A DNA stretch of 64,000 bases from Heteronotia binoei (Eukaryota), in the NCBI RefSeq assembly GCF_032191835.1, contig NC_083228.1, positions 147,312,001-147,376,000 of the forward strand, in the 5' to 3' direction. The notes under the pieces are model-generated. The model worked only from the letters and a program-made list of their open reading frames with translations. It was not told the origin of the DNA and did not search any database. How positions within the stretch are numbered: the first letter of the stretch is position 1; each line of letters opens with the position of its first letter. Below are positions 1 to 11,722 of the stretch, piece by piece. Made by a program: the position numbers and the translations under genes.

Positions 1-24
1 GGCAGCCCTCTCCCATCCAGATAT

Positions 25-770
25 TATAGGCCAATCAAAATAATTCTGTTTTACAGGCCCTGCAGAATTGGGAAATATCCCTCAGAGCCCTTATGGCCTC
101 TGGCAGGGTGTTCCACATCTCCGGCACTACCACCGAGAAGGCCCTGGCCCTTGAAGTGTTCAGTCTGGCCTCCCTTGGTCCGAGGATGGAGAGATTTTGA
201 ACTCCCGAAAGCAACGCTCTCTGGGGAACATATAGGGAAAGGCAGTCCCATAGATAAAGAGGCCACTGACCACGTAGGGCTTAAAAGGTCCATACCAGCA
301 CCTTGAAAGAGAATCGGAACACGATAGGCAGCCAGTGCAGCTCTTTCAGCAGTGGTTGAATGTGCTCCTGTCGAGGGAGCCCCATTAACAACCGCGCTGC
401 AGCATTCTGCACTAGCTGCAATTTCTGGATCAGAGTCAAGGGTAGCCCCATGTCAAGGGCATTACAGTAGTCTATTCTTGAGATGACCGCGGATAAGTCG
501 CTATGCTCTAGAAAAGGGGCCAATAGCTATACCCGCTGCAGATAGAAGGCGGCGGATTTGGTAGTGGCTGCTACCTAAGCCTCCATGGTCAGAGAGGATT
601 CCAGGAGCACTCCCAAGCTCTTGACCTTCAAGGTATCAATGGCACCCCATCAAAGGCCAGCAAAGGGATCTCCCTTCCCAAGCCACTGCAACTTAAGACA
701 GAAAACCTCCATCTTCGTCAGATTCTGCTTCAGTTGAGTCAGCCTGAGCCATGATACCATGGTTTATAAT
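25..770 (-). mobile_element. Decayed L2-clade LINE 3' fragment (gene A intron 4)
   Basis: SRIDYCNAL…[12 protein letters not shown]…LHWLP motifs with frameshifts; same insertion at 61120-61885. Confidence 0.8.
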
Positions 771-1517
771 GCCAGGTCCCAATTGTCCAGGATGTAGATT
801 CTAAGACCAGTTCACCGCTCTCACCTGCACCCTTTGAGTATCCGAGACAGAAGCTAAGATGGGAGCTGCAAGCAAGGAGGCAGAGTGCACGTCTCCTGGC
901 TCACTGCCAGCTCCTTCCTGATTACAACCTGCAGGCGTTGCAGCAGGACTCCCAAGCAGCTGGCTGCTGACAAGGGCTTGTTAGGAAGGACTTACAAAAC
1001 CTACTGCTGGCAACTTGCATGTTATGGAAGCGACAAGTTATTCTGCTAAACTCTGCAACCACAACTCCTCATCGAGCATTCTTTGTGCGACCTTGGACTG
1101 GCTTTGGACTTTGACTTTGTGACTCTCTATCTTGTGCATGACTCTTGGACCTCCAGGCTACACTCTCTGGCTTTCCCCTTCTGGAAATGACCCTTTGGTG
1201 TGTGCACTTTCAGTTTGTGGACTTCTGAAACTGAACTCTGGAATTTGCGTGAGCCCCTGAACATGTCTGGCTTGTTGTGTGAACATGTTTGGATTGTTGG
1301 CTTTTGCCTGCTACATGACAGTCTCTCATCCCCACCTTTGCCTCTGGCCAGGACACCTTCTCTGGCTCAGGTGATGGCCACAACACTGGTCTCAGCTGCC
1401 CCTCGGCAACTGTCTGGAGAGGCCTGAGAACAATGTGTTACTGTTCAATACTTTGCATCATGCATCATCCCAGGGGTAGCAATTCACACCTCTGCACTTG
1501 TGGAAGATCCTCCTTAC

Positions 1518-1644
1518 CCAGAGAGATGACGCTCCGATAGTTCTCCCGCATGACTTCCCTGTAGAGAGTCTTCTGGCCCGGATCCAGCAGGTCCCATTCT
1601 GCTGGGGTGAAACAGACAGACACCTCCTCAAAGGAAAAGGGGCA
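1518..1644 (-). CDS. KRAB-A exon of gene A
   Basis: TTCCAG|TGC...CTGG|GTAAG, 127 nt, typical KRAB-A sequence. Confidence 0.93.
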
Positions 1645-3688
1645 CTGGAAGAAAAAGCAGATTCCCTCATCAGAGATGATGCCAGGCAGAGACTGCCCTC
1701 TGGAAGGGAGCAATCTGGGATGGAACAGGATGTATGTCTTGGCAGAGGTCGAGGGAGTGGTATTCAGAGCCTCTCTCACCTGGACCACTGTAGAAACTGC
1801 AGGAGCAAAAACACCCCTGAGAAAGGAGGGGGGAACCCAGGCTGTCCCCTGCTCATTCCCCCTACCTGCACTGGAGGTGAAGCAGCTGTTTCTACACCTC
1901 CAAAAAGATGATGGCTCAACAGCATCTCTCCAGTGCCTGTTAGGAAGAAAAAGGAGGAAGGGTGTTTGCTGTGACTTCCTGTTCCATTTACTTGTTTGTT
2001 CCTCGCTTCACACACTCCCTTCCCAGAAGCTGGAAACCTTGCCCCGTGTACACTCCACACAACCTTTTACTAAATTATGGGAGAGGCAGAACAGATGTAC
2101 CCATGAGCCTCAGGGGGTGATAAAAGCTGCCAACATATTTCAGGCTTCTGTGGGACCTGAGCTGTTCCCTGTGAACTCTGAAGTTCCAAAGGTCACATCA
2201 TCCCTCCTGGATCAGACCAAATGCCCAGGAATCCCCTTCTCCTGCCAGCTGGCAGTGGGCCCTTCAGTCTGGACTGGGGGTGGGAAAGGAGGGGAGTGGA
2301 TATGAGATCACATTCACATCACGTGTCACCATCACATTCAGCCCAAAACCCAGAAGTCACTTGAGCGCTTCTGAAGAATCTAGGGTAATATCTGTTCCAA
2401 ACTTCACCCTAAGGCCCTCCTCCAAATTTCCTGGGGTTTGAGGCGACAGCCGGTCATCCCTCCTGCAGAACCCGATTTCCTACAGTGGCCTCCCACATGC
2501 CCGTATAAGAACAGGCACAGAAGCTCAATTTTCCCATGATTCTTGGCCCCCCACAAACTGGTTTTCAGTGTTCAGTGCTGCCCAGAAGACAGAGGCTCCC
2601 TGTATTCATCCGGGTGAATAGCTCTGCCCACATTTGTCTAACTTTAGTTTTCTTTTCTGACCTCCCCGAGTTCCTCTTATGGAAGGAAGGTGAGACATGA
2701 ATATTCTAATTAATGGGAGGAACTGCCCTCTATGAATTATCTAATCCTCTTTGAGAAGAGTAACAGTGAGTGGAGATTCAGTGCTGTGTGTTATGTGAAG
2801 AAGTACTGAATTCTTTTCCTGACCTGAACTCTCCACCCACCACATTCAGGGAATGCCCCAAGTGTAAACAGGCAGAATGAGACCTTACCACAAGAGAGGG
2901 CATCTTGGGCACCCTCCTGGGACTGCGCCCTCTGCCCTTCCTCCAAAGAACCTTGTTCTGCCTCAGGGAATGGAGCTTCTCTCTCCAAGGATGGTCCGCA
3001 CATCTGAAAGAGCAGCGAGTGAGAAGGGGAAGAGATGGAACGGAGAAGAGACCAAGCAAGAGATCCTGCCCCACTCCCAGACTCTGCACTCTTCCATCAG
3101 CAGACTCAGTTGTCTGGAAGGAAAACAAATTTTCTAGCAGAGGAGGCTGCTGAAGGAGGCTGTTAAATCTCCGATTTGAATGATTAATACTTGGGCAAAT
3201 ATCTCTCAGGGAAACTTTAGAATATCACTGCTTGAATTGGACACAGCTAGAGGAAACCCCCTCACCTGCTCTGCCTTCCTCTTCTCCTCGGCGTGACTCA
3301 GGAGGAAGCCTTCGGCCAAGGCCACCGCCTGGGAACTGGTCTCCGGCCCACATTCCCTGACCCAGTGCTGCATTTCCTGGGGCAGGAGGGCTAGGAACCT
3401 CTCCAGGATCACCAGGTCCACCATCTGCTTCTTGGAGTTCCTCTCTGGCTTCAGCCAATGGCTGCAGAGTCGATGGAGCCGGCTGCAAACCTCTCGGGGC
3501 CCATCAGCCGCACGGTACTGGAACTGCCAGAAGTGTTGGCCATGCACCTCTGAGATCTCCGTGACCTGAGAAGGTGTCTCTGGCATGGGGCTTTCCCAGG
3601 CTTCACCACCACTCCCAGCTTGGGTGGGAGGGGGGGCTTTGCTTGCTGTCTTGCCAGCTGCAGCTCCTTCTGGGTCCTGCTCTTCCAT
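1518..3688 (-). CDS. SCAN-KRAB zinc-finger gene A, 5' part (exons 3688-3266 SCAN, 3003-2889, 1936-1866, 1644-1518 KRAB-A); downstream exons lie left of the window
   Basis: SCAN motif [40 protein letters not shown]; [41 protein letters not shown] in a 127-nt exon; all exons bounded by AG/GT with phases 0,1,0,1. Confidence 0.92.
3266..3688 (-). CDS. SCAN-domain exon of gene A
   Basis: ORF 3206..3778; ATG at 3688 (MEEQDPEG); donor CAG|GTGAG at 3266/3265; acceptor after a polypyrimidine tract gives exon start 3745. Confidence 0.92.
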
Positions 3689-4589
3689 CTCCCTCCCCTT
3701 CTCTTGGGTCACCCCCACTAAATAGAGATGCCTTGAGTCACTTGACTGTAAAGAGATAAAGAGACAGTCACATGTCACAAGGAAAGCGAATAAGAATTGC
3801 CCTGGTGGATCAGAACTAAAGTGCTTCTTGTGGTTTATAGACCCGGTTTAATAGAATTTTGTTATATGCCATACTAAGCTATTTTAGATAAGCTTCCTTA
3901 GTTCTTTGGAAATCTTAACTGTCTCTGTTGGGCTCTTTAAGGATGTTTCAAGCTTAGCCTCTCGTTCCATAAGTTCAGTCTGTCCAGGGGGCTGATTCTT
4001 AAGTTAAGCTGAGGCCCCAAAAGCACCAGAGGGACTGGTGAGCCTCCTAATCGTTGTCTACATCTCTTCAATAGATCTGAAGGGTTAGGCAGAAGCACCT
4101 CTTTCAAAAGCTAAGGGGGTCCCCCTTTGAACTGTGGGGTTCACCTGGTTAGATCTCCAGCAAACATGCCTTTTGGGGAGGCTGAAAACCAGCTCCTCAT
4201 GGCTCTCATCACAACTAGACGGAAACTCTCAAGGCAGTTTGCAGGACTGGGTATCATGATAACGTAACCACAAGGGCTCAGTTAATTACTCTCAACATTC
4301 CACAGTTAAGAAGACACATTTACATATCCATCTCCAATTCTGACCAGGTAAACTGAGCTTGCTATCCCTGTTTGGTCCTTGCATCTCTTAAGCATCTTCG
4401 TTAGGTTGTATGCTAGTTTGCTGGTCAGTGGGAAAGGGCAGTAACTAGCTTCCAGCGACCACTCTGGTTTGGGGTCAACCCAGGCAGGGCCCAGAATAGC
4501 CCCCTCTTCACCTTCCCAGCCCCCCCCCCGCCCACACACCAGGGGGGGGGGACCTGACAAGTGACCCCTCAAGCCTGAAGTGTCAGAAG

Positions 4590-5300
4590 GACCCAGGCCC
4601 GTAAACGTTTCCGTGGGGGAGGTGGGGATCGAACCCGGCTCTCCCAGATCAGAGTCCCTGCATTCACCGCACGACACCCCACTGGCTCTCAGCTGGTCCC
4701 GGGCAGTTCAGGTGTGCGGGGAAAGGGGGCAGGGGGGGGTGCAGCAGAAGACGTGCGGGAGGAAGGGGATGGAGTCTGCGGAATGGCCGGGGGGCCCTCG
4801 ACGCTCTTGGCCGCAGCAGCATCCAGGGGGCTCCAGGCGCGCCTCCCCCCCCCCCCCGTCTCCCTTGGGTGCTGCAAGGCCCCTTCCCTACCTGGCCGCC
4901 TCGCCTTCCCCTCCTCCGGCCCTCGTGGCGCTCGGAGCTGCTGCTGCTTTTGCAACCGGGGGGAGGGTCGCAGGAGGCCCGGCTGCTGCTCTCTCCTTCG
5001 GCCCCTCCTGCCCCACCGGCGCAGCCCCCCACCCCCGGCAGCAGAGCTTGCACGTCTTCCGTTCCGGCGCTCCCTTTGCAAAAGCCGGGCCCGGGCATGC
5101 ACGCCTTCCTCCCCTTCAGTTCCGGAGCAGAAGTGCTTTGGAAGGGGCTCCAGCGCCCCCTGGCTCCGGCCTCTGCTCTGCCGGGATTGCAGCGCTCCCG
5201 GACGCAGAACGAAAAAACATATCCTGCCCCTTTTGCGGGGAGAGCTCAGCCTTGCAGCCTTCCTGCTTGTTGCAGACGCCTGGGAGGGGCCTCCTTGCAC
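4590..5300 (-). promoter_or_regulatory. CpG-rich putative promoter / non-coding first exon of gene A (candidate donor CAG|GTAGGG at 4892/4891)
   Basis: GC- and CpG-rich island ~1 kb upstream of the SCAN-exon acceptor; donor motif and downstream G-runs conserved in all three units. Confidence 0.55.
4622..4690 (-). mobile_element. tRNA-derived SINE head (A/B-box), conserved in all units (also 25485-25553, 42612-42679)
   Basis: Minus strand GAGAGCCAGTGGGGTGTCGTGCGGTG…GGTTCGATCC, alignable with the SINE head at 30500. Confidence 0.7.
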
Positions 5301-5699
5301 CGGGGGCAGAAGGAAGGAGGTTTCTTCTCTTGCAAACGAGGGGGGAGGATCAGTCTTTGAAATTGTGGAGGGGGGGAATGAGCCCTCTGGGATGCCCATG
5401 CAAGCATCACATCCCTGCCCAGAAGAATCCTAGGCAGGCACCCCGGCAGCTGTTTTTCCTTTGCATTCTGGGAACTGCCTTCCACATCCTGGGAACTTCC
5501 TTGTCCACTCAGACTGGCAGGCCTTTGCGGGACCTCAGGAATCCTTCACATCACTTCTTCCCCTGGTCTTTGAACAGGAGGTTGGACAGGAGACCTTCTG
5601 CACGCCTAGTGGATGCTCTTCCCTTGAACCACAGCCCCCGCTCCCTGAATCCCAGCTTTCCTTACAGCCTACAGACGGTGCTAGTCCTCAGTGGTCTCA

Positions 5700-5875
5700 G
5701 GCAGCTGCCCAGCCCGGAGGCCCATCACAGCCAGTGTTGTCTGCTCAGACTGGCAGCAGCTCTCCAGGGTCTCAGGCTGAGGTCTTTCGCATCACCCACT
5801 GCGTCGTCTGTTTAACTGGAGATCCCAGGGATTGAACCAGGCATGCTCTGCTACCACTGAGGCATGAGCCTCTGG
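5700..5875 (-). mobile_element. Old tRNA-derived SINE (also ~26645-26830 and ~43745-43920)
   Basis: Minus strand CTCAGTGGTAG…GGTTCAATCCCTGG…CTCCAGTTAAA…GAAAGACCTC.GCCTGAGACCCTGGAGAGC, a body I recognise from squamate SINEs. Confidence 0.65.
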
Positions 5876-5935
5876 GCCGTGGAAGGAGTGCTCTGCCTCA
5901 TGCTGAAGGACCATTCATCTCTCAAGTGCCCATCG

Positions 5936-7180
5936 TTTATTTATTTATTTATTTATTTATTTATTCCGGGATTTATATCCCGCCCTTCCCACGAATGGCT
6001 CAGGGCGGCTGACAACAGTAAAAACAATAAAACAGTAAAATCGGAATAAATTAGTTACATTTAAATCAAACATTTTAAAACCTAAAAACCTTAAAATTAA
6101 TATTAGCTATACAGCAATCACAGATATCTAGAGAGCTACACTTGTCCAGTCAGGGATAGGCTAGCCGGAAGAGGGTCGTCTTACAGGCCCTGCGGAACTG
6201 AGCAAGATCCCGCAGGGCCCTCACCTCTTCCGGTAGCTGGTTCCACCACACAGGGGCCATTGTAGAAAAGGCCCTGTCTCGAGTTGTCTGGAGACGCACT
6301 TCCTTGGGCCCAGGGATATTAAGGAGATTTTGGGTCCCAGACCTCAGTACTCTCTGGGGAACGTGTGGGGAGAGACGGTCCCTTAGGTAGGCAGGTCCCA
6401 GGCCATATAGGGCTTTAAAGGTAATGACCAGCACCTTGTACCGGACCTGGTATGTTATTGGAAGCCAGTGCAGAGCCCGAAGACCCGGCCGATGTGCCCC
6501 CATCTTGGGAGGCCCAATAACAGCCGGGCCGCGGCATTCTGCACCAGCTGCAACTTCCGGGTCCGGCACAGGGGCAGCCCCATGTAGAGGGCATTGCAGT
6601 AATCCAACCTCGAGGTGACCGTAGCATGGATCACTGTTGCTAGGTCGTCGGGGTCCAGGAAGGGAGCCAACTGCCTTGCCCGCCTAAGATGAAAAAACGC
6701 GGACTTGGCAGTGGCCGCTATCTGAGCCTCCATCTTTAGGGACGGCTCCAATAGCACCCCCAGGCTTCTGACCCTGTCCGCCGGCTTCAGCGGTACACCG
6801 CCAAAAGTTGGCAGGGGGATTTCCCCCTCCGGCCCCCGACGGCCCAAACAAAGGACCTCTGTCTTCGCAGGATTCAGTCTCAGTCCACTCAGCCTGAGCC
6901 ACTCAGCCACGGCCTGTAATGCCTGATCTAGGTTCTCTGGGACGCAGACCGGTCGGCCGTCCATAAGTAGATAGAGCTGGGTGTCATCAGCATACTGGTG
7001 GCACCCCAGCCCATACCTCCGGGCAATCTGGGCAAGAGGTCGCATATAGATGTTAAATAACATCGGGGAGAGAACCGCTCCCTGGGGCACCCCACAGTTA
7101 AGTGAGCGCCTCTGGGATAGCTCCCCCCCAATCGCGACCCTTTGTCCCCGACCTTCAAGGAAAGAGGAAAGCCACTGCCA
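5936..7180 (-). mobile_element. 5'-truncated L2-clade LINE
   Basis: RT motifs [28 protein letters not shown]; one frameshift; 3' stem GCCGCCCTGAG…GGGCGGG and (TAAA)n tail; empty site at ~44890. Confidence 0.9.
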
Positions 7181-9521
7181 GTTCTGACTGGCAGCTGCTC
7201 TCTTGCATGTACCTGACCTTTTAAACTGGCGACTGGACTGGGGCTCTTCTGCAGGCAAATCAGATTCTCTGTTGCTGAGCCCCTCCTCCCGGTTGGGATT
7301 TTCTCCCCACCCCCAAAGTGATTCCTGTGTATAAGATTGACAAGGCCACCTCATTACTTGACCGAATGGGCCAGAGGGCAGCAGGACTTCCTTCGCAGGG
7401 AAGTCTTTGTGTCTGGGGCTTCCTGGTCTCCCCATCGCCCTTAGGAGCACCGGAAGTGGACTGGAAAAATCACAGCTGATGTAGTGAACTAGATTGGCAA
7501 GGGCAGATTTTTATTTTAAAACATCCTCTCCATAAGTGGGTGTTGAACATGCAGACCGGCCTACTTCACAGGGTTGTTCTGGTTGTTTTTCCCCCCAAGC
7601 CTCCCAGTAGGGCACTGATGCTTACAAGCACAGGCTGCACTGGAGGGGGGGGCTCTCTTTACCCTTACAGTGGAGCAACAGTCCCTTCCATAAGCAGGTA
7701 ATTGGCCTCAGTAATTCACGCACGGTCAAATCTTTAAGAAAGCTAGGAAGGCCCACGTTCAGTGGCAGCTTTCCTTCTTAATTCTGGTTTGGGGGCCGCA
7801 AAGAGGGCTGCCTGGTCCTAATTTTGCAAACAAACAGAAAATAAGGCTGTACAATCACAAATAAAACACTTTGTGATGTTATAAAGTCACAACACTGTGC
7901 CAAACACTTCAGAGCTATAATATATTATTTCACTTCAAATCAAAATTGAATCAGTGTGCGTAAAATATGCAGAAATGGGATGATCCTTAAGTGTTTCTAC
8001 CAGTTCACAGATATACTTAGTCTCAGGGGCAGCTTTCCGCCTTAATTTGGGTTTGGGGGCAGAAAAGAGGGCTGCCTGGTCCTAATTTTGTAAACAAGAA
8101 TGAATGAAGGCTGAAAAAGCACAAACAAAACACTGTGCAGTGTTATAAATTCACAACACGGCGCTGAACACTTCAGTGCTGGAATATATTATTTCACTTC
8201 AAATCAAAATCAAATCAGTATGTGCTGAATACACATAAATGGGATGGTTTCAGCCACGGCCACCCTATCCAGTGCATACCAATTTTCACCTGAAATTCTT
8301 ACAGTTCTACCATGATGCTCAACATCCAACTGGAGTAATCCTTGTGTGTTTCTGCCAGTTCGCACATAGAGTGGAATTCAACAATCCAATATCATCATCA
8401 TTGTCAAAACTGAAAATGTGACAACATGGACCTGAGGTTGACACTTTTGCATGTTTCAAGAGAATCTCTCTTCTTCTGGTCACCTTAGTTGATGCAAAAC
8501 TTAGGTTATGCCAGACAGACCCGATTGGCAAACGGTCCTTCCCTGGCAGCGAGGCCTCAGTGGGTGGGGCACAGGTGTGAGGGGAACGGCAGGGGCTTCC
8601 CTCAGATGGGCACCCCCCCTCCAGGAGCCTTCCAGCCCCACACACCCCTCCTCCCCCCTTCAGCAGGAAAGGACCACAAGCAGCTGCAAGCAACCACCAA
8701 ACCAGGGAGAGCCCCAAATAGCCCCCTCCTCCCCTTCCCAAGCACCCCCCACACCCCAGGAAGGGCACTGACAGGTGACCGATCAAACTCTTGAGGCAAA
8801 TTCAAGCTTCTCTTTAAACAAGGAGGGAAGAAACCAACAGAGAGAGGAGGAAAAATAACTGCTTCAGAGGAGCATTTTTAGCAGACTGAGCAGGGAGACA
8901 TTATTTCCATGGCAACCCTGGACAGGCCTCCTCCCCGGGCACTGCTTCGCTACCTGCAGCCCAGGCTCCCAGGATGCAACGGGCTTCCCTGGCTTGGGGG
9001 ACAACATGCCTTGAACCAGCCTGCATGCAAGCCAAACAGGTAGGGTTGCCAACTCTGGGTTAGGGGATTTCTGGAATGAACCTTTAGGGTTTTTGCGGGG
9101 AGGAAGTGTTCAATACTGGGTTCAGTGGGGAAGAACGAGGGCTCCCAGAGCAGTGACCAGCAGCTTTTACTCAGTCATTCAGCATAACTATATCCTAGTA
9201 AAACTGGCATGGAAGCCCCAGGCCGTGGCCTGATTACATACAGTGAGACCCCACCCTGCTCCCCACCCACAGGAAGCCCCCTCTAGGTGGCCCCAGGCAG
9301 CCTGGCCAACCCTGGTTCTCACAGATGGAGAAGCTCACGAAGTCCCTAATGCTTCAGGCAAGGACAGAAGACCACCTCAGAAGTTCTGGGATGGATGGAG
9401 GCTCCCCCCCTGAAACTTCATCCCCCGCTCACGGTTACTGGCTTTCCTCCCTGGTTTTGGTGTTATGTGTGTTTATGTTTTTACTAGTGAATTTTTACAA
9501 AATTATCTTATGTGTTTACAT

Positions 9522-9659
9522 CAGGGGTGGCCAATGGTCTCTCTCCAGCTGTTTTTTTGCCTACAACTCCCATCAGTCCCAGCCAGTATGGTCAATGGAT
9601 GGAGCTGATGGGAGTTGTAGACAAAAAAACATCTGGAGAGCTACCGTTGGCCATCCCTG
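9522..9659. mobile_element. Palindromic hAT-type MITE (also 29175-29310)
   Basis: Inverted ends CAGGGGTGGCCAA…TTGGCCATCCCTG; 8-bp TSD GT(T/A)TACAT; empty site GTATACAT at 48124-48131. Confidence 0.85.
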
Positions 9660-11379
9660 GTATACATCACCTCGAATGTAGTTTTAATGCTGAACTGCTT
9701 TAGCGGTTTGATGTTTGCCACCTTGGAGATATTACTGGGGTGGAAAGATGGCCAAGAAGGGTTGCCACTGCTAAGAATTCTGAAGCCTTGCTCTTGTTGC
9801 AAATTGTATAATGGTACTGTAAAGCTTGTAGAAGCTTTAAGTGAAACAGGGCATCAAGTACAACCTTCTCACGTTCCATATATGCCTTGCTGCACTGAAC
9901 TACTTTGACATCTACTGAGAAGAAGAATTGGAGCTCAGGGCTCTGTTTAACAACCAACCTTTGCCATAGCCCGGACTTTTCATTTAAAAATTTGGCATTA
10001 ATTTCTTGGTTTTGAGACTTTGAGATACGGGGGGCATGCTCAGTGTTCTATTTCTATTTTTGTGATTCATTTCACCTTATCTTGTTCAATATTTATAAAG
10101 CACTTATAAGTTTTTGTATCATTATTGAGGCTGGTTTTTCACAGAGGTATATATGCCCTTTTCCTGCACCACCTGGAGGTTGGCAACACTGACTATATGG
10201 GAGGGGAGTCTTGTGTAAGCTGTCCCTTCTGTACCTCATTGTCTGCTCCCTTTTCTCACCTCTCCAGGTTCACCTGAGTAGGGCAGATAGGTGCCACCTG
10301 CCAATGGGCAAAATCAACAACTCACCACACACGTGCCCTCTCTGTTGTGGCCCCGCCTTCTGCAATGGCCTGCCTGGGGAAGGCTCCACTCACCTGGCTC
10401 TCTGCAAATTATGCACATCTGGATCATTTCCCACCTTCCTTGTTCATCATGTGGGATGAAGAGGGTTGCCCAGCCTGAGGCAGCTTTTCCTCATAGGTCC
10501 CCCCCCAATCTTTCCCATCTAGGCACCCCCCCCCCCCAATCTGGCTTCTGAAGGCCCCATCCTCCAGCTCTCCTGCAAGCAAAGCCAGATCCCACAAGGA
10601 GGACATTGGAGGACTTCCTGTATTCTCCCTAGAAAATGCACACTGTTTTGTCTGCTTCTTAACCTTTTACCAGCTACTGGGCACAGAAGCAAATAAAAGA
10701 ACTATTTCCATGACTATTTGTTTTCAAATGAAGGAAGAGATTCAAGGTGCTTTTTAAGCGCCAACCTGGCCCAGACAATCTGCTCTCCGGTTCCAGAGGT
10801 ATAAAACTTTGCTGTGGTTGTTTAGACACCTTGTCAGCAAAAAGAAAGCCAGGCAGGAAATTAAAGGGAGTGAAAAATTAGCCCAGAGAAGACAGGGACC
10901 ATTCAAGCAATGCTTAAAAAAAAAAAATTAAATCTAATCCAATACAAAGGGAGCATAGGGAAAATAAGTAATAAAAATACAAATCTAAATACAAAGATCC
11001 AATTTATACAATTCGATGCATAAACAATTTATCAAAACAGTACATAATATGCTAGGTATTAAGAACTGAGAAAGAGCCTATAATTCATTCTATTCGGCAA
11101 AAAGAAATTTTCCCAAAGAACTCCAAATCCGGAACCCAAAGTAAATTCTAATCTGTAGCCAAATCAGGATCATTATTGAAGAATGCTTCAGGAGGTCTGC
11201 TTCTCTGCCAGGGCTTTTGAATGACAGGCCTCTTGGAAAGGTCTAACACATGTGAGTCCAAATAATCAACAAGAAGGAGCATTCCATGAACAACACAAAG
11301 GGATTCGGGTGGAAGAACCAATCAGAAATCTAAAATCACAGCTGAAGCAAAGGCTTGGTCTTAAGATGACACATTAAAT

Positions 11380-11722
11380 CAGGGGTCCTCAAACTACGGC
11401 CCGCGGGCCAGATGCGGCCCGCTGAGGACGTTTATGCGGCCCACCGGGTTATGGCAAAATCAGACCAGAAGTGACGTTCGACCTAAACTCGCGTTAGCAA
11501 CACACACTTCTGGCACTGGGCTGAGACGGCGGAGACAGAGTGTGAGGTGATACCGAGGTGAGGTGAGTTCCCAGGCCGGGGTGTGTGGTGTGGGGAAGGG
11601 AGAGAGATGTAGAAGACGGAGAACTGACGGCCCGTGGCCTTGTACAGTAATGGCAGTCTGGCCCTCCAACAGTCTGAGGGACAGTGAACTGGCCCCCTAT
11701 TTAAAAAGTTTGAGGACCCCTG
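11380..11722. mobile_element. Non-autonomous hAT (Charlie-like) DNA transposon, 343 bp
   Basis: Perfect 16-bp TIR CAGGGGTCCTCAAACT; perfect 8-bp TSD CATTAAAT; empty site at ~31288. Confidence 0.93.

Noticed and set aside
1498-2305. Plus-strand ORFs of 137-287 aa (also 62538-63401)
   Set aside because: Antisense to KRAB and exon 3; frames differ between A and D
4622-4690. Possible tRNA genes here and at 30500
   Set aside because: A/B boxes are present but there is no cloverleaf acceptor stem; they continue into SINE-type sequence
4580-5815. Long overlapping ORFs on both strands (up to 411 aa; also 25512-26760, 42569-43863)
   Set aside because: Stop-poor GC-rich island; frames are not conserved between the three paralogous copies and no domain is recognisable
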